Shown piece after piece: positions 31,024-39,877 of a stretch of DNA of 64,000 nucleotides. Below the pieces are notes generated by a model that saw only the letters and a program-made list of their open reading frames with translations, ran no database searches and was not told the origin of the DNA. The stretch lies in NCBI GenBank assembly GCA_965218095.1, contig OZ244587.1, positions 640,001-704,000 on the forward strand, written 5' to 3'. The translations under genes and the position numbers were made by a program. Position 1 is the first letter of the stretch, and every line of letters starts with the position of its first letter. This DNA is from Candidatus Poribacteria bacterium (GTDB lineage: Bacteria; Poribacteria; WGA-4E; PCPOR2b).

Positions 31024-31190
31024 TCAATGCTGAGGGTTAAGCCCCTCCAACTCAAGGAGGACAAACCGTCCATCCTTCCGAATTAACTTCCCATCAAAAT
31101 AGATCTTACCGCACCACAACCGGGGGTTTGGATCATGACCATATCCCAATGGGCGCTGGATCGAACACCGTTGTCCGCATTCCAGGTTTT
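31024..31190 (-). pseudogene. C-terminal fragment of an M29 (AmpS-type) aminopeptidase
   Basis: Manual translation ADNGVRSSAHWDMVMIQTPG/GKIYFDGKLIRKDGRFVLLELEGLNP, with a frameshift. Confidence 0.65.
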
Positions 31191-31211
31191 TGAACAAGCT
31201 GGCAGCGTATT

Positions 31212-32243
31212 CTACGTCTCATTTCCCGCATTGTCACGCCGGCGCTCCGGCAGCAGAAGCTCCCACACCAAAAATAGCAGGGCGAATGCTAGGAAATACT
31301 GAAACCGATCCTCATACTGCGTAAACTGTCGTTCCTCAATCTCGCGTTTCTCAATCGCAGCGAGTTCTACGAACAAACGTTCTATCTCTGCTTCGCCCGG
31401 TGTGGCTCGATAATAATTTCCGCGTGTCAGTTGGGCAATCTCTCGTAACAGAGTATCCTCTAGTTTCGTCACGACAGGCTTACCATTTCGATCGTGCTTG
31501 TACCCCCGGAATTCGCCATTTGACTGACGGAGCGGAATTGGCGTCCCCTGATTGGGCGAACCGACGCCAACACAGTAGATGCGTATCCCTTGGTTGGCTG
31601 CCGCTTTCGCCGCTTCAATCGCTTTCTTCCCGTGGTCTTCACCATCTGTGAAAAAGAGCAGGACTTTGTACTTATCCTCCTCCTGGTTGAAACTGGATGC
31701 CGCTGTGTCGATGGCTTCGCTAATCTCGGTGCCGCTTTGTGAGATTGTATCCACATCAAGGGCATCAAGAAGGAGTTTGGCCGCGGCGTAATCGATAGTC
31801 AGCGGGCATTGGACAAAGCTATCACCAGCAAACGCGATCAGCCCGACCCGATCGCCTTCCAGCCGATCAATGAGGGAGGAAATCGTGTGCTTTGCCTTGA
31901 GCAGCCGATTCGGCTTAATGTCCTCTGCCAGCATACTTGCCGAGATGTCTAACCCGATCATAATATCCAAACCACTCCGTCTGACCAGTTCAAGTTTCGT
32001 CCCGATTTGGGGGCGGGCAAGGGCAAGTATGAGGAATGTGCAACTGAGGGTCATCAAAACCGCTTTCGCTTTCTGCTGTCCAAAATCGACCGATGATGTC
32101 AGGCGCTGGAAAAGATGATGACTGCTGAAGCGTTGGTATGCCTTCCGTTTTTGCCGGAATGCGTAGATGTAGAGTAAGATGAGGAGCGGCACACCCCACA
32201 GCAGGTATAGCAGATGTGGGTGTCCGAAACGTATCCAGTCCAT
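31212..32243 (-). CDS. BatB-like vWA domain protein
   Basis: LALARPQ, LDISASMLAEDIKPNRL, DRVGLIAFAG, TDGEDH. Confidence 0.9.
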   Translation of the reverse strand: MDWIRFGHPHLLYLLWGVPLLILLYIYAFRQKRKAYQRFSSHHLFQRLTSSVDFGQQKAKAVLMTLSCTFLILALARPQIGTKLELVRRSGLDIMIGLDISASMLAEDIKPNRLLKAKHTISSLIDRLEGDRVGLIAFAGDSFVQCPLTIDYAAAKLLLDALDVDTISQSGTEISEAIDTAASSFNQEEDKYKVLLFFTDGEDHGKKAIEAAKAAANQGIRIYCVGVGSPNQGTPIPLRQSNGEFRGYKHDRNGKPVVTKLEDTLLREIAQLTRGNYYRATPGEAEIERLFVELAAIEKREIEERQFTQYEDRFQYFLAFALLFLVWELLLPERRRDNAGNET

Positions 32244-32252
32244 ACCGCTTTG

Positions 32253-32654
32253 TTATTCCCCAGGTTGCATATCGATTTGCACGATTTGGGAGATCGTTTG
32301 TCCCGTTATCTCTACTGTTTCTGCCCGATTTGCATAGCCCTGCTTCTTGAGCACGATTTGATATGTTTTCGGCGCAAGATTGAACAGCATTGCTTTATGA
32401 TGGAGCTCCGAAGTAATTGCCTTTTGCTGTTCGTTGAGGTATACTTCAGCCCCACCAACGTTGGAGTGAATAATGAGGTTCACTTTAGGTATGCGCGTTG
32501 GTTGTCCCACAGGCCGTGGAGGAGAATTGTCTTTTAGCGCAGAGATAACAATAATTCCCACGAGCACAATGAGTGCAACGATACCGAGAACGATCCAAGG
32601 AAGGAATCCTTGACGGACTTTATCACTTCGAGCCGGTCTGTTCTGCTGTTGCAC
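32253..32654 (-). CDS. Membrane-anchored PEGA domain protein
   Basis: TM helix followed by IHSNVGGAEVYLN...KKQGY. Confidence 0.75.
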   Translation of the reverse strand: MQQQNRPARSDKVRQGFLPWIVLGIVALIVLVGIIVISALKDNSPPRPVGQPTRIPKVNLIIHSNVGGAEVYLNEQQKAITSELHHKAMLFNLAPKTYQIVLKKQGYANRAETVEITGQTISQIVQIDMQPGE

Positions 32655-32961
32655 AACAACACCCCCTCTGTTTTGGCATTGTCACATTATATCAGATTCT
32701 ATGAGCCTTGTCTACATGTAAAACGCCTTCACTTGCCCCCAGTTTTTAATGAGGGCGTATCATGGGCGATTTTGTCAGATTTCACGCATTGTAGGGGAGA
32801 TTTTCATCTCGCAAAAAGCGACTTGCCTTTTAGGGGCGAATGGGTTATATTTACACATACAGCTCGACGGAATAAATACTGCGATACAGGTTTGAATGTG
32901 ACACTACCCAGTCGTTCCTGCATAGCGCGTGGGAACGAGAGAAAATTAGAGGTGAGACAAG

Positions 32962-34077
32962 ATGGCGAAACAACAACCAGAAGAAATGATGACGCTCAAA
33001 CGGGCTCTCACCGCACGGACTCAAGAAGGGTTTCTGTACGAAAAACTGCCCGACAAAGTAGATTGGGTGCACTGCTACGCATGTGGTCACAACTGCAAAA
33101 TCCCTCCGGGCAGAGACGGTATCTGTCACGTGCGGTTTAACGAAAGGGGCAAGCTCTATGTTCCGTGGGGCTATGTCGGTGCGTTGCAGCTCGATCCTAT
33201 TGAGAAGAAGCCGTTCTTCCACGCATTTCCCGGTGCCTTGGCGATGAGCTTCGGGATGTTAGGTTGCGATTATCACTGCTCTTACTGCCAGAATTGGATA
33301 ACCTCGCAGGCACTTCGCGACAGAAATGCAGGGGCACCGGTGAAAGATCTTTCACCGGAAGCATTTGTCTCGCTTGCGTGTCAACACAACGCCCAGATTG
33401 TCACGAGCACGTACAATGAGCCGCTGATTACGAGCGAATGGGCGATTGATATTTTCAAGGAGGCGAAAAAGCATGGGCTCGTCACATCCTATGTGTCCAA
33501 CGGAAATGCCACGCCCAAAGTCCTTGACGCCCTCGGTCCGTGGGTCGATCTGTACAAGGTGGACCTCAAGGGCTTCAACGACAAAAATTACCGCAAGCTC
33601 GGCGGCGTACTAAAGCACGTCCTCGACACAATTAAGATGTTGTCTGAACGCAATTTCTGGGTCGAGATTGTCACGCTTATCGTTCCTGGCTTCAACGACT
33701 CCGATGAAGAACTTAAAGACATCGCCAACTTCCTCGTGTCTATCTCACCGGATATCCCCTGGCATGTGACGGCCTTCCATCAAGACTATAAGATGACCGA
33801 GCCGGATAACACCGCTGTCTCCACGCTTATCCATGCGGCGGAAATCGGCTACAACGCCGGACTGCATTATGTGTACGCCGGCAACCGCCCCGGTTATGTC
33901 AGACGCTACGAAAACACCTACTGCCCAGGTTGCGGCGAACTCCTCATTGAACGATGGGGATTCAGGGTACTGAAGCACCGGGTGAAAGCTGGTAGCTGTC
34001 CGAAATGTAAAACGACAATCGCTGGCGTTTGGAGTGGAAAGGAATTAGAGACGATGCGAGCGATGAAAGAAAAATGA
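32962..34077 (+). CDS. amrS: AmmeMemoRadiSam system radical SAM enzyme
   Basis: N-terminal CxxCxxxC, DPIEKKPFFH, GCDYHCSYCQNW, TYNEP, C-terminal CPGC...CPKC. Confidence 0.9.
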   Translation: MAKQQPEEMMTLKRALTARTQEGFLYEKLPDKVDWVHCYACGHNCKIPPGRDGICHVRFNERGKLYVPWGYVGALQLDPIEKKPFFHAFPGALAMSFGMLGCDYHCSYCQNWITSQALRDRNAGAPVKDLSPEAFVSLACQHNAQIVTSTYNEPLITSEWAIDIFKEAKKHGLVTSYVSNGNATPKVLDALGPWVDLYKVDLKGFNDKNYRKLGGVLKHVLDTIKMLSERNFWVEIVTLIVPGFNDSDEELKDIANFLVSISPDIPWHVTAFHQDYKMTEPDNTAVSTLIHAAEIGYNAGLHYVYAGNRPGYVRRYENTYCPGCGELLIERWGFRVLKHRVKAGSCPKCKTTIAGVWSGKELETMRAMKEK

Positions 34078-34553
34078 AATCTGTGGAGAAGTTAATGAGT
34101 TTCAAACGTCGTTTACTGATTCTGTCTTGCTCAGAACGTAAACACACTTCAAAAGAATTGCTACCAGCCATAGAACGATACAATGGGCCGGTATTTTTTC
34201 TGCTGCGCCGTTTTCTTCGTGATTGTCCAGATAAAGCGGAATCATTGGATGTGTACATTTTGTCTGCCGCTTACGGGCTAATTCCAGCAAGCCATCCAAT
34301 TGCTCCTTATGACCAAAAGATGATCAAATATCGGGCGTCTGAATTACAGCCACATGTTTTAGCGACTTTTGGTGGACTTATGCAGAACAATTATACGTCT
34401 CTCTGTCTAGTGATGGGGAAAGCCTACTTGGCTGCATTGGAAGGTTGGCGGGAATTGGTGCCAACGAATCTTGCATTGATGGTAGCGAAAGGGCCGATGG
34501 GAGTGAAACAGGCTCAATTGAAAAATTGGCTAGAGGAATTGACAACAAATTAG
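34074..34553 (+). CDS. DUF6884/YaaA-like protein
   Basis: LLILSCSERK, PAIERYNGP, YILSAAYGLI, YDQKM; ATGA overlap with the amrS stop. Confidence 0.75.
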   Translation: MKSVEKLMSFKRRLLILSCSERKHTSKELLPAIERYNGPVFFLLRRFLRDCPDKAESLDVYILSAAYGLIPASHPIAPYDQKMIKYRASELQPHVLATFGGLMQNNYTSLCLVMGKAYLAALEGWRELVPTNLALMVAKGPMGVKQAQLKNWLEELTTN

Positions 34554-34564
34554 GGAGATAACAT

Positions 34565-34921
34565 ATGCTCGTTGAAGTGCTTAAACTCGGAACCACCGAA
34601 GAAGGCAATATTCCACTAATCGTAGATCAAATCGAAATAGTAGAGATTGATACTTCGTCTGTTGAACCTGTGAATAAGCAAGTAGATAGTCCGATCACAA
34701 TCGCTGAATTGGCGGATTTGCTAACTCAGATTAAGCCTATTAAGCCGCTGGACTTAGAAGAGCTAGATACCTATCATGCGCGGGACATTGAAGTGTGGCG
34801 GGATGGCAATCTATTTCCAGAGAAGATTGATTTTCCTCACTATATTGGACTACATGTTCTGTTGAGAAGTATACTACAGAAGTATAGTACGGTTGACAAT
34901 CTGCAAATTCAAATCAGCTGA
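34565..34921 (+). CDS. Hypothetical acidic protein
   Basis: ORF tightly packed in the operon, GGAG RBS; no motif recognised. Confidence 0.7.
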   Translation: MLVEVLKLGTTEEGNIPLIVDQIEIVEIDTSSVEPVNKQVDSPITIAELADLLTQIKPIKPLDLEELDTYHARDIEVWRDGNLFPEKIDFPHYIGLHVLLRSILQKYSTVDNLQIQIS

Positions 34922-34929
34922 GGTTTCTG

Positions 34930-36045
34930 ATGCCCATTTTTTCCCTTGATAAATTCAAGTGCTCGGCTTTTGGTAAGTTTGATGCGGGAACTTGGACCGT
35001 AGCATATCATGACCGAAGTCATCTACCAAGAGATACCTACGTCTCGCTTGGAACAATTGAAGTTGAAGAATATACACAAAAAGGAGATTCTTTCTTCTAC
35101 TTTTGCCCCAACTCTTGTCAGCAGATTAAGTGTTTTATTGCTGATGCTTGGTGTAAAGGCAACGTTACTGGGCAAAAAGACCCAAAAGATACCGCCAAGA
35201 TTATTCTCGATCAGCTAAGTGAATCCATGGTGAGGTTAGGTCTTGTTCAGCCTAATTTTGAAATAGACGCACAAAATTTCATTACCGAGCGCAAGTTTGC
35301 AATCGTTGTATTAGATACAAACGCACTACGTGACGGTGCGATTCGTCATCTAAAGGAACAACTCGACAATGTACAATTGTGGACGATTATTCCGACAGTT
35401 GCCCTGATGGAGATTGGTGAGCGAATCGCCTATATAACCAGTAAAGACAAAGAGGGATGTAAACGTCAAAACAGTAGACTCATCCGTTTTCGACCTCAAG
35501 TCACAATCGCGCCCCAAGAAGTGAAGTGGATTCAAGAAAACTTCCCGACGGAAACTTTGGAACTTGCCCCAGAATTATTACGAACCTTTAGAGGATATGA
35601 CACAAGAAGAGAAAGCGAACCTGACAGAGTTTCCATTAATGACCGGCTCATCTTAGAAGGTATCAAAGATTTGCGACGGCAACGCAGTCTCCTAGAAGGA
35701 ATCTATCTAATGTCGAACGACAAGGATGTATCGCGGTTAGCTAGACTTGAAGGAATTAACACAATCTATCCTGCGATACCTGATATTCACGGGCTTTGCG
35801 ATCGCATCTATTCCCTTCGATATTCACTTGAAGTGCGCACCTACATTTCGTGTTCAATCCATCGCTTTCTTTGGGACTTGACACATGTTTTCAGCCAAAT
35901 CAAAGTGCAATCTACATCAGGATCGCAAGAGGGACAAGAATTGAAACTTTCTTATTATTATCCTGCTAAGTTGGTGAATGCTTGGATTGATGATAAGTTG
36001 GAGGTGACAGACCTTGGATCCAATTCTACCACCGACACTATTTGA
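34930..36045 (+). CDS. PIN-domain nuclease with N- and C-terminal extensions
   Basis: VVLDTNAL, IPTVALMEI, NDRLILE, LMSNDKDVSRLARLEGI (full PIN acidic set). Confidence 0.8.
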   Translation: MPIFSLDKFKCSAFGKFDAGTWTVAYHDRSHLPRDTYVSLGTIEVEEYTQKGDSFFYFCPNSCQQIKCFIADAWCKGNVTGQKDPKDTAKIILDQLSESMVRLGLVQPNFEIDAQNFITERKFAIVVLDTNALRDGAIRHLKEQLDNVQLWTIIPTVALMEIGERIAYITSKDKEGCKRQNSRLIRFRPQVTIAPQEVKWIQENFPTETLELAPELLRTFRGYDTRRESEPDRVSINDRLILEGIKDLRRQRSLLEGIYLMSNDKDVSRLARLEGINTIYPAIPDIHGLCDRIYSLRYSLEVRTYISCSIHRFLWDLTHVFSQIKVQSTSGSQEGQELKLSYYYPAKLVNAWIDDKLEVTDLGSNSTTDTI

Positions 36046-36862
36046 TATACTGGATCTGTTAGCAAGTAGGTCCGGTCCCATTACGCTTGACACTTTGAAC
36101 AGAAAGCGGTGGGTTACAAGAAAGCGCTTTGCCGAAATTGGACGAGTATTAGAAGCATTTCGGGTCGCATGCCGTGAGCAAGAATCGCTCCTACCGGATA
36201 CTGATCTAAAAGCATTCATCACGTGTTGGGAAGCCGCGGATTTAGACGGTGTCAATGATTTCTTCCATCGCTATCGGCCCTACAAGACCTTTTTGAGTTT
36301 CTTAAGAACAGAACAATATATTTATGTACCTCCCAAGAATGATATTGAGGCACGTCGCAGACTTAGCATTCAATTAGAGAATAGTAAAACCGGACCTAAT
36401 ATTGTTGCAATTGACACCTTCAAGTGGTGGGGGTTGGCTGTTGGGCAGGTATATTACGTTTTAAGCGCCGGAGGGCAGGACATTTACTGGGCCGGTGAAA
36501 AACTAAGTCTTGATGTCTTTGAAGAAAGCCTGCTTCGCTGTTACGCGAAAATTCGCCCCCTGGATGGATTTGTAAATATTGGAAAACTTGCTGATAAGGT
36601 TTGTCGTGAACTGCATATTGGGTTTATTGAATTTGAACGCCTCTTTGTTCAGCTGTGTCGAAAACGCCACGGCCACTACCGATTATCAACTTCTCTCGTT
36701 CGTCCTCCAGCGAGTAAGTCTCTAGTTCAAACACTTTTGCCACGATCAGTTGCCAAAAAACTCGCTTTGCAGCAAGGGGGTCCCATTGAATGGACGGACA
36801 AACGGTTGATGGAAGATGGAATAATTATTGGTGGACGGAGTGTGAAAATGATCAAAATTTAG
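36014..36862 (+). CDS. Hypothetical basic protein
   Basis: 282-aa ORF overlapping the PIN gene; GGAGG RBS before the TTG start. Confidence 0.7.
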   Translation: MDPILPPTLFDILDLLASRSGPITLDTLNRKRWVTRKRFAEIGRVLEAFRVACREQESLLPDTDLKAFITCWEAADLDGVNDFFHRYRPYKTFLSFLRTEQYIYVPPKNDIEARRRLSIQLENSKTGPNIVAIDTFKWWGLAVGQVYYVLSAGGQDIYWAGEKLSLDVFEESLLRCYAKIRPLDGFVNIGKLADKVCRELHIGFIEFERLFVQLCRKRHGHYRLSTSLVRPPASKSLVQTLLPRSVAKKLALQQGGPIEWTDKRLMEDGIIIGGRSVKMIKI

Positions 36863-36877
36863 ACGGAGGAGATTACA

Positions 36878-38077
36878 ATGAGTGATTTCAAGGATGACCT
36901 GACCTTAGACGATTTGCGTAAGGAAATTGGCAAAGGACAGCCTAAAAACCCATATGTCAATTTTTTTCTGTTATCCAATCCTTTCCCTGATGTTGGTCAG
37001 TTTATTCCAAGCATCTGTGTTAATCAGGACGAGATTAAACGAGAATTTGTGCGAACCCTCCGGGAATTTTATCAGGACGAACAATCAAGACGGCTGATGA
37101 TTCTTGGCAGCACAGGGGCAGGCAAAACTAACTTGTTGAAATTCTTTAAGCAAGAGCTTGAAGAATGGCACCAACCTGCTCCAGGAAAGCAAGCAATCAC
37201 AGATCTATTTACAATCTTTGTTGATCAACCTCAAGGAGGATATTTTGAAGTACATCGCAAAATAATCAGCGAATTAGCTACTATGTTTTTTACACGATTC
37301 TTCGAGGCTGTGCAATGCGGCAAGGTTAGTCTGACCAAACTTCCTACTGAAATTTCCGGGATTAGTCCGGAATTAATTCGTATTTTAGACTCAATGGCTT
37401 CAAATGGCTCTCACCAACTCTCGCTATGGCCAGAACCGAGGTCCCTCCGAACATTGGAGGAATGGTTACAGGGCACCAAACTCTCCGCCGCAGAAAAAAA
37501 ACAACTCGGTGGTGTGAGTGTCGAAGTTGGAAAATCCTCTACGATTGCTATCAAATTTCTTGTGGACCTTGTCAAGATTTTCAGATATGCAGAGCTGTTC
37601 AGGGGATTGATCGTACTGTTTGACGAGTTTGAAAATATTCTGTCAGGGTTATCACTAACTCGTCAGGTTCAGTATGCCCAAGATTTGAGAAACTTGTTCG
37701 ATAGTCTCGCTGATAGTGTTGTATTTGTCATTGGCACAGCTCCGGTTTCAAGTAATCTACAGCGAATCTCGCCCGCTTTGTATCGCCGATTGGGCGAAGG
37801 TGTTCCAGTTGAACCTATTCAAGACGAGAAGGCTGCTTTAGCGTATGCCCGGGCGTATACTCAATTGGGTCGGGAGGCTTTTAAGAATGAGACAAAGTGT
37901 AAGATTGACCTGCCGGCAGATTGTCCTGATGTGGATCGCCCGTATTATCCACTCACGTGTGCTACAATTACAAACGTTTACCAAGAAATCAGGGATAGGT
38001 ATTCCGATGTTCTTCCCGGGGATCTTCTCCCGGAATTAAGCCGCAGGTTTTATCAGCGAGTGTATGAAGGAAATTAG
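36878..38077 (+). CDS. P-loop AAA+ ATPase, BrxD/DUF2791-like
   Basis: NPFP, Walker A GSTGAGKT, WLQG, Walker B LIVLFDEFE, PALYRRL arginine finger. Confidence 0.8.
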   Translation: MSDFKDDLTLDDLRKEIGKGQPKNPYVNFFLLSNPFPDVGQFIPSICVNQDEIKREFVRTLREFYQDEQSRRLMILGSTGAGKTNLLKFFKQELEEWHQPAPGKQAITDLFTIFVDQPQGGYFEVHRKIISELATMFFTRFFEAVQCGKVSLTKLPTEISGISPELIRILDSMASNGSHQLSLWPEPRSLRTLEEWLQGTKLSAAEKKQLGGVSVEVGKSSTIAIKFLVDLVKIFRYAELFRGLIVLFDEFENILSGLSLTRQVQYAQDLRNLFDSLADSVVFVIGTAPVSSNLQRISPALYRRLGEGVPVEPIQDEKAALAYARAYTQLGREAFKNETKCKIDLPADCPDVDRPYYPLTCATITNVYQEIRDRYSDVLPGDLLPELSRRFYQRVYEGN

Positions 38078-38079
38078 GC

Positions 38080-39261
38080 ATGTCATCTCGCACATTGACA
38101 ATCGGCGTATCGCAAGTCGAAACGCCGGCATTGTTTGCTAGCTATCGTATCCGTGATTACCCTCAGGCAGGTCTTCGCTGTCACCCTTGGAAAATCACAG
38201 ATACTCAAGCATTGCTGCTAAACGCTTTTGATCTACTAGCTAACAAACGTACCAAGATGTTTACAGACGAGATCCGAAAGACGAGAGGTAAGCTCCGCAA
38301 GTACGTCGAATTTGACGGTCCGCTGATGCTTGATTCGGGTGCTTTTAATTTCTTACAACACGAGGAGATTAGTATCACCTCACCTGACGTTCTAAAAATC
38401 GGAATTGAATTAGACGTTGATTTATCGGTTGTGTTAGACCACCCATTCTTACCCAAATCAACAGAAGATGAGATACGCACCCGTTGGTCAAATACACGAG
38501 ATAACACACGCACAATGGTTGAAAGGTTAGAACATTGGGAGGGCGATCTCCCCGACGGTTTCCAACTAATGCCTGTCCTCCATGGGCATGATGCAGAAAC
38601 ACTCAAGCGTTCCCTTGATGATATTATCACGATTCTTGGCCAGGATCCCGATATTGTGGGAATTGGAAGTTTAGCCCCGTTGGCTCGCAACGGCAATAAG
38701 CGCACCGTTATTGATGTCATACTCACTATCCGTCAACTGCTACCTAATGCTTATATTCACTGTTTTTCATTGGGTTCGGCACTGCTGATGTTATTGGCTT
38801 TTTACTGTGGAGCTGACACAGTAGATTCACAAACTTGGATTATAAGTGCCGCTTTCAAACAGGTACAATTGCCCGGACTTCACTTAACCCGACTTTCCCC
38901 ACGGGAAAAAGAAAAAGATCCAGTCAAATATGAACAGACTCGAAATGCCTTTGCCCAGCATCTGCTCCAACTCATTGAAAAAGAAGGATTTGCTGTGAAG
39001 AACTGGGACACCGGTAAGGAATGGAAAATTAACAGTGAAGACGATGCCTTGGCTTATATGGACGATCTTGAAGACCGTGATAAAATCAATCACATTCATC
39101 GTCGCGCCTGCCATAACTTGTATGCTTTCAATTTTGAGGCAGGACGAGTCCGTGAACACAAAAACGCTGGTACATTTGAGACGTTCATCCAGGATCGGAT
39201 GATGATCACTATTTATAGAAGAGTATTTGAATATGCTATAAACGAAAGGAATAAAACTTAA
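38080..39261 (+). CDS. Divergent tRNA-guanine transglycosylase family protein (DpdA/arcTGT-like)
   Basis: VETPALF, LMLDSGAF, VLDHP, MPVLHG, IGSLAP, IHCFSLG, GADTVDSQTW, HNL. Confidence 0.85.
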   Translation: MSSRTLTIGVSQVETPALFASYRIRDYPQAGLRCHPWKITDTQALLLNAFDLLANKRTKMFTDEIRKTRGKLRKYVEFDGPLMLDSGAFNFLQHEEISITSPDVLKIGIELDVDLSVVLDHPFLPKSTEDEIRTRWSNTRDNTRTMVERLEHWEGDLPDGFQLMPVLHGHDAETLKRSLDDIITILGQDPDIVGIGSLAPLARNGNKRTVIDVILTIRQLLPNAYIHCFSLGSALLMLLAFYCGADTVDSQTWIISAAFKQVQLPGLHLTRLSPREKEKDPVKYEQTRNAFAQHLLQLIEKEGFAVKNWDTGKEWKINSEDDALAYMDDLEDRDKINHIHRRACHNLYAFNFEAGRVREHKNAGTFETFIQDRMMITIYRRVFEYAINERNKT

Positions 39262-39319
39262 TGGAACATGCTCAACAACTGCTTACCGATAGGAATTCTT
39301 GATAAGAAGGAGTCTGCAG

Positions 39320-39832
39320 ATGGACTTACGTTTTCTTGAATCCGAGATTTGTCAATGGGCTGAAAAATACAAAATTCAACCTTATGAAGCCGAATTGATT
39401 GAGCTCAAATCCAAGGTGGAACAACGTGGCTACCTTGACAAAGAGGAGTTGTTCCGCGTCGCGCGTTGGAAGTCGCCAAGGCGTCCAGATCTCGTGAAAA
39501 AAAACAAAGACGACTACGTAAAAGAAATTACGGGGTGGGCATTTACCGCCACGAATGAACGTTCAAAAATAGAAGTTTTGACCCTGTTGGATGGCATCGG
39601 GGAGCCAACCGCTTCCGCAGTTCTTCATCTATTTCACAAAGATCCTTATCCAATCCTAGATTTTCGTGCGTTGTGGTCTGTGGGGTTGGAAGAATCTGAA
39701 CAATATTCGTTTTCATTCTGGTGGTGTTACGTGTGCTTTTGTCGAGACGTTGCATGTCGCAACCAAGTCGACATGCGAACCTTGGATTGGGCACTCTGGC
39801 AGTACTCAAAATGTAAACAACAAGGGGGTTAA
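39320..39832 (+). CDS. HhH-GPD-like DNA glycosylase-type protein
   Basis: ARWKSPR, HhH LDGIGEPTASAVL, YPILDFRA, RTLDWALW; AGGAG RBS. Confidence 0.65.
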   Translation: MDLRFLESEICQWAEKYKIQPYEAELIELKSKVEQRGYLDKEELFRVARWKSPRRPDLVKKNKDDYVKEITGWAFTATNERSKIEVLTLLDGIGEPTASAVLHLFHKDPYPILDFRALWSVGLEESEQYSFSFWWCYVCFCRDVACRNQVDMRTLDWALWQYSKCKQQGG

Positions 39833-39877
39833 TGGCTCTCCACCGGATCTCATCACGGAAAAATTGGAGTTGATGCA

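Noticed and set aside
38080-39261. Housekeeping queuine tRNA-ribosyltransferase (tgt)
   Set aside because: Lacks the TPxFMPVGT, NTYHL, GIVQG and zinc CxCxxC motifs, and lies in an accessory operon
34074-39832. Canonical BREX or Dpd system
   Set aside because: No PglZ, PglX, BrxC, DpdB/C, helicase or preQ0 synthesis genes are recognisable in the window
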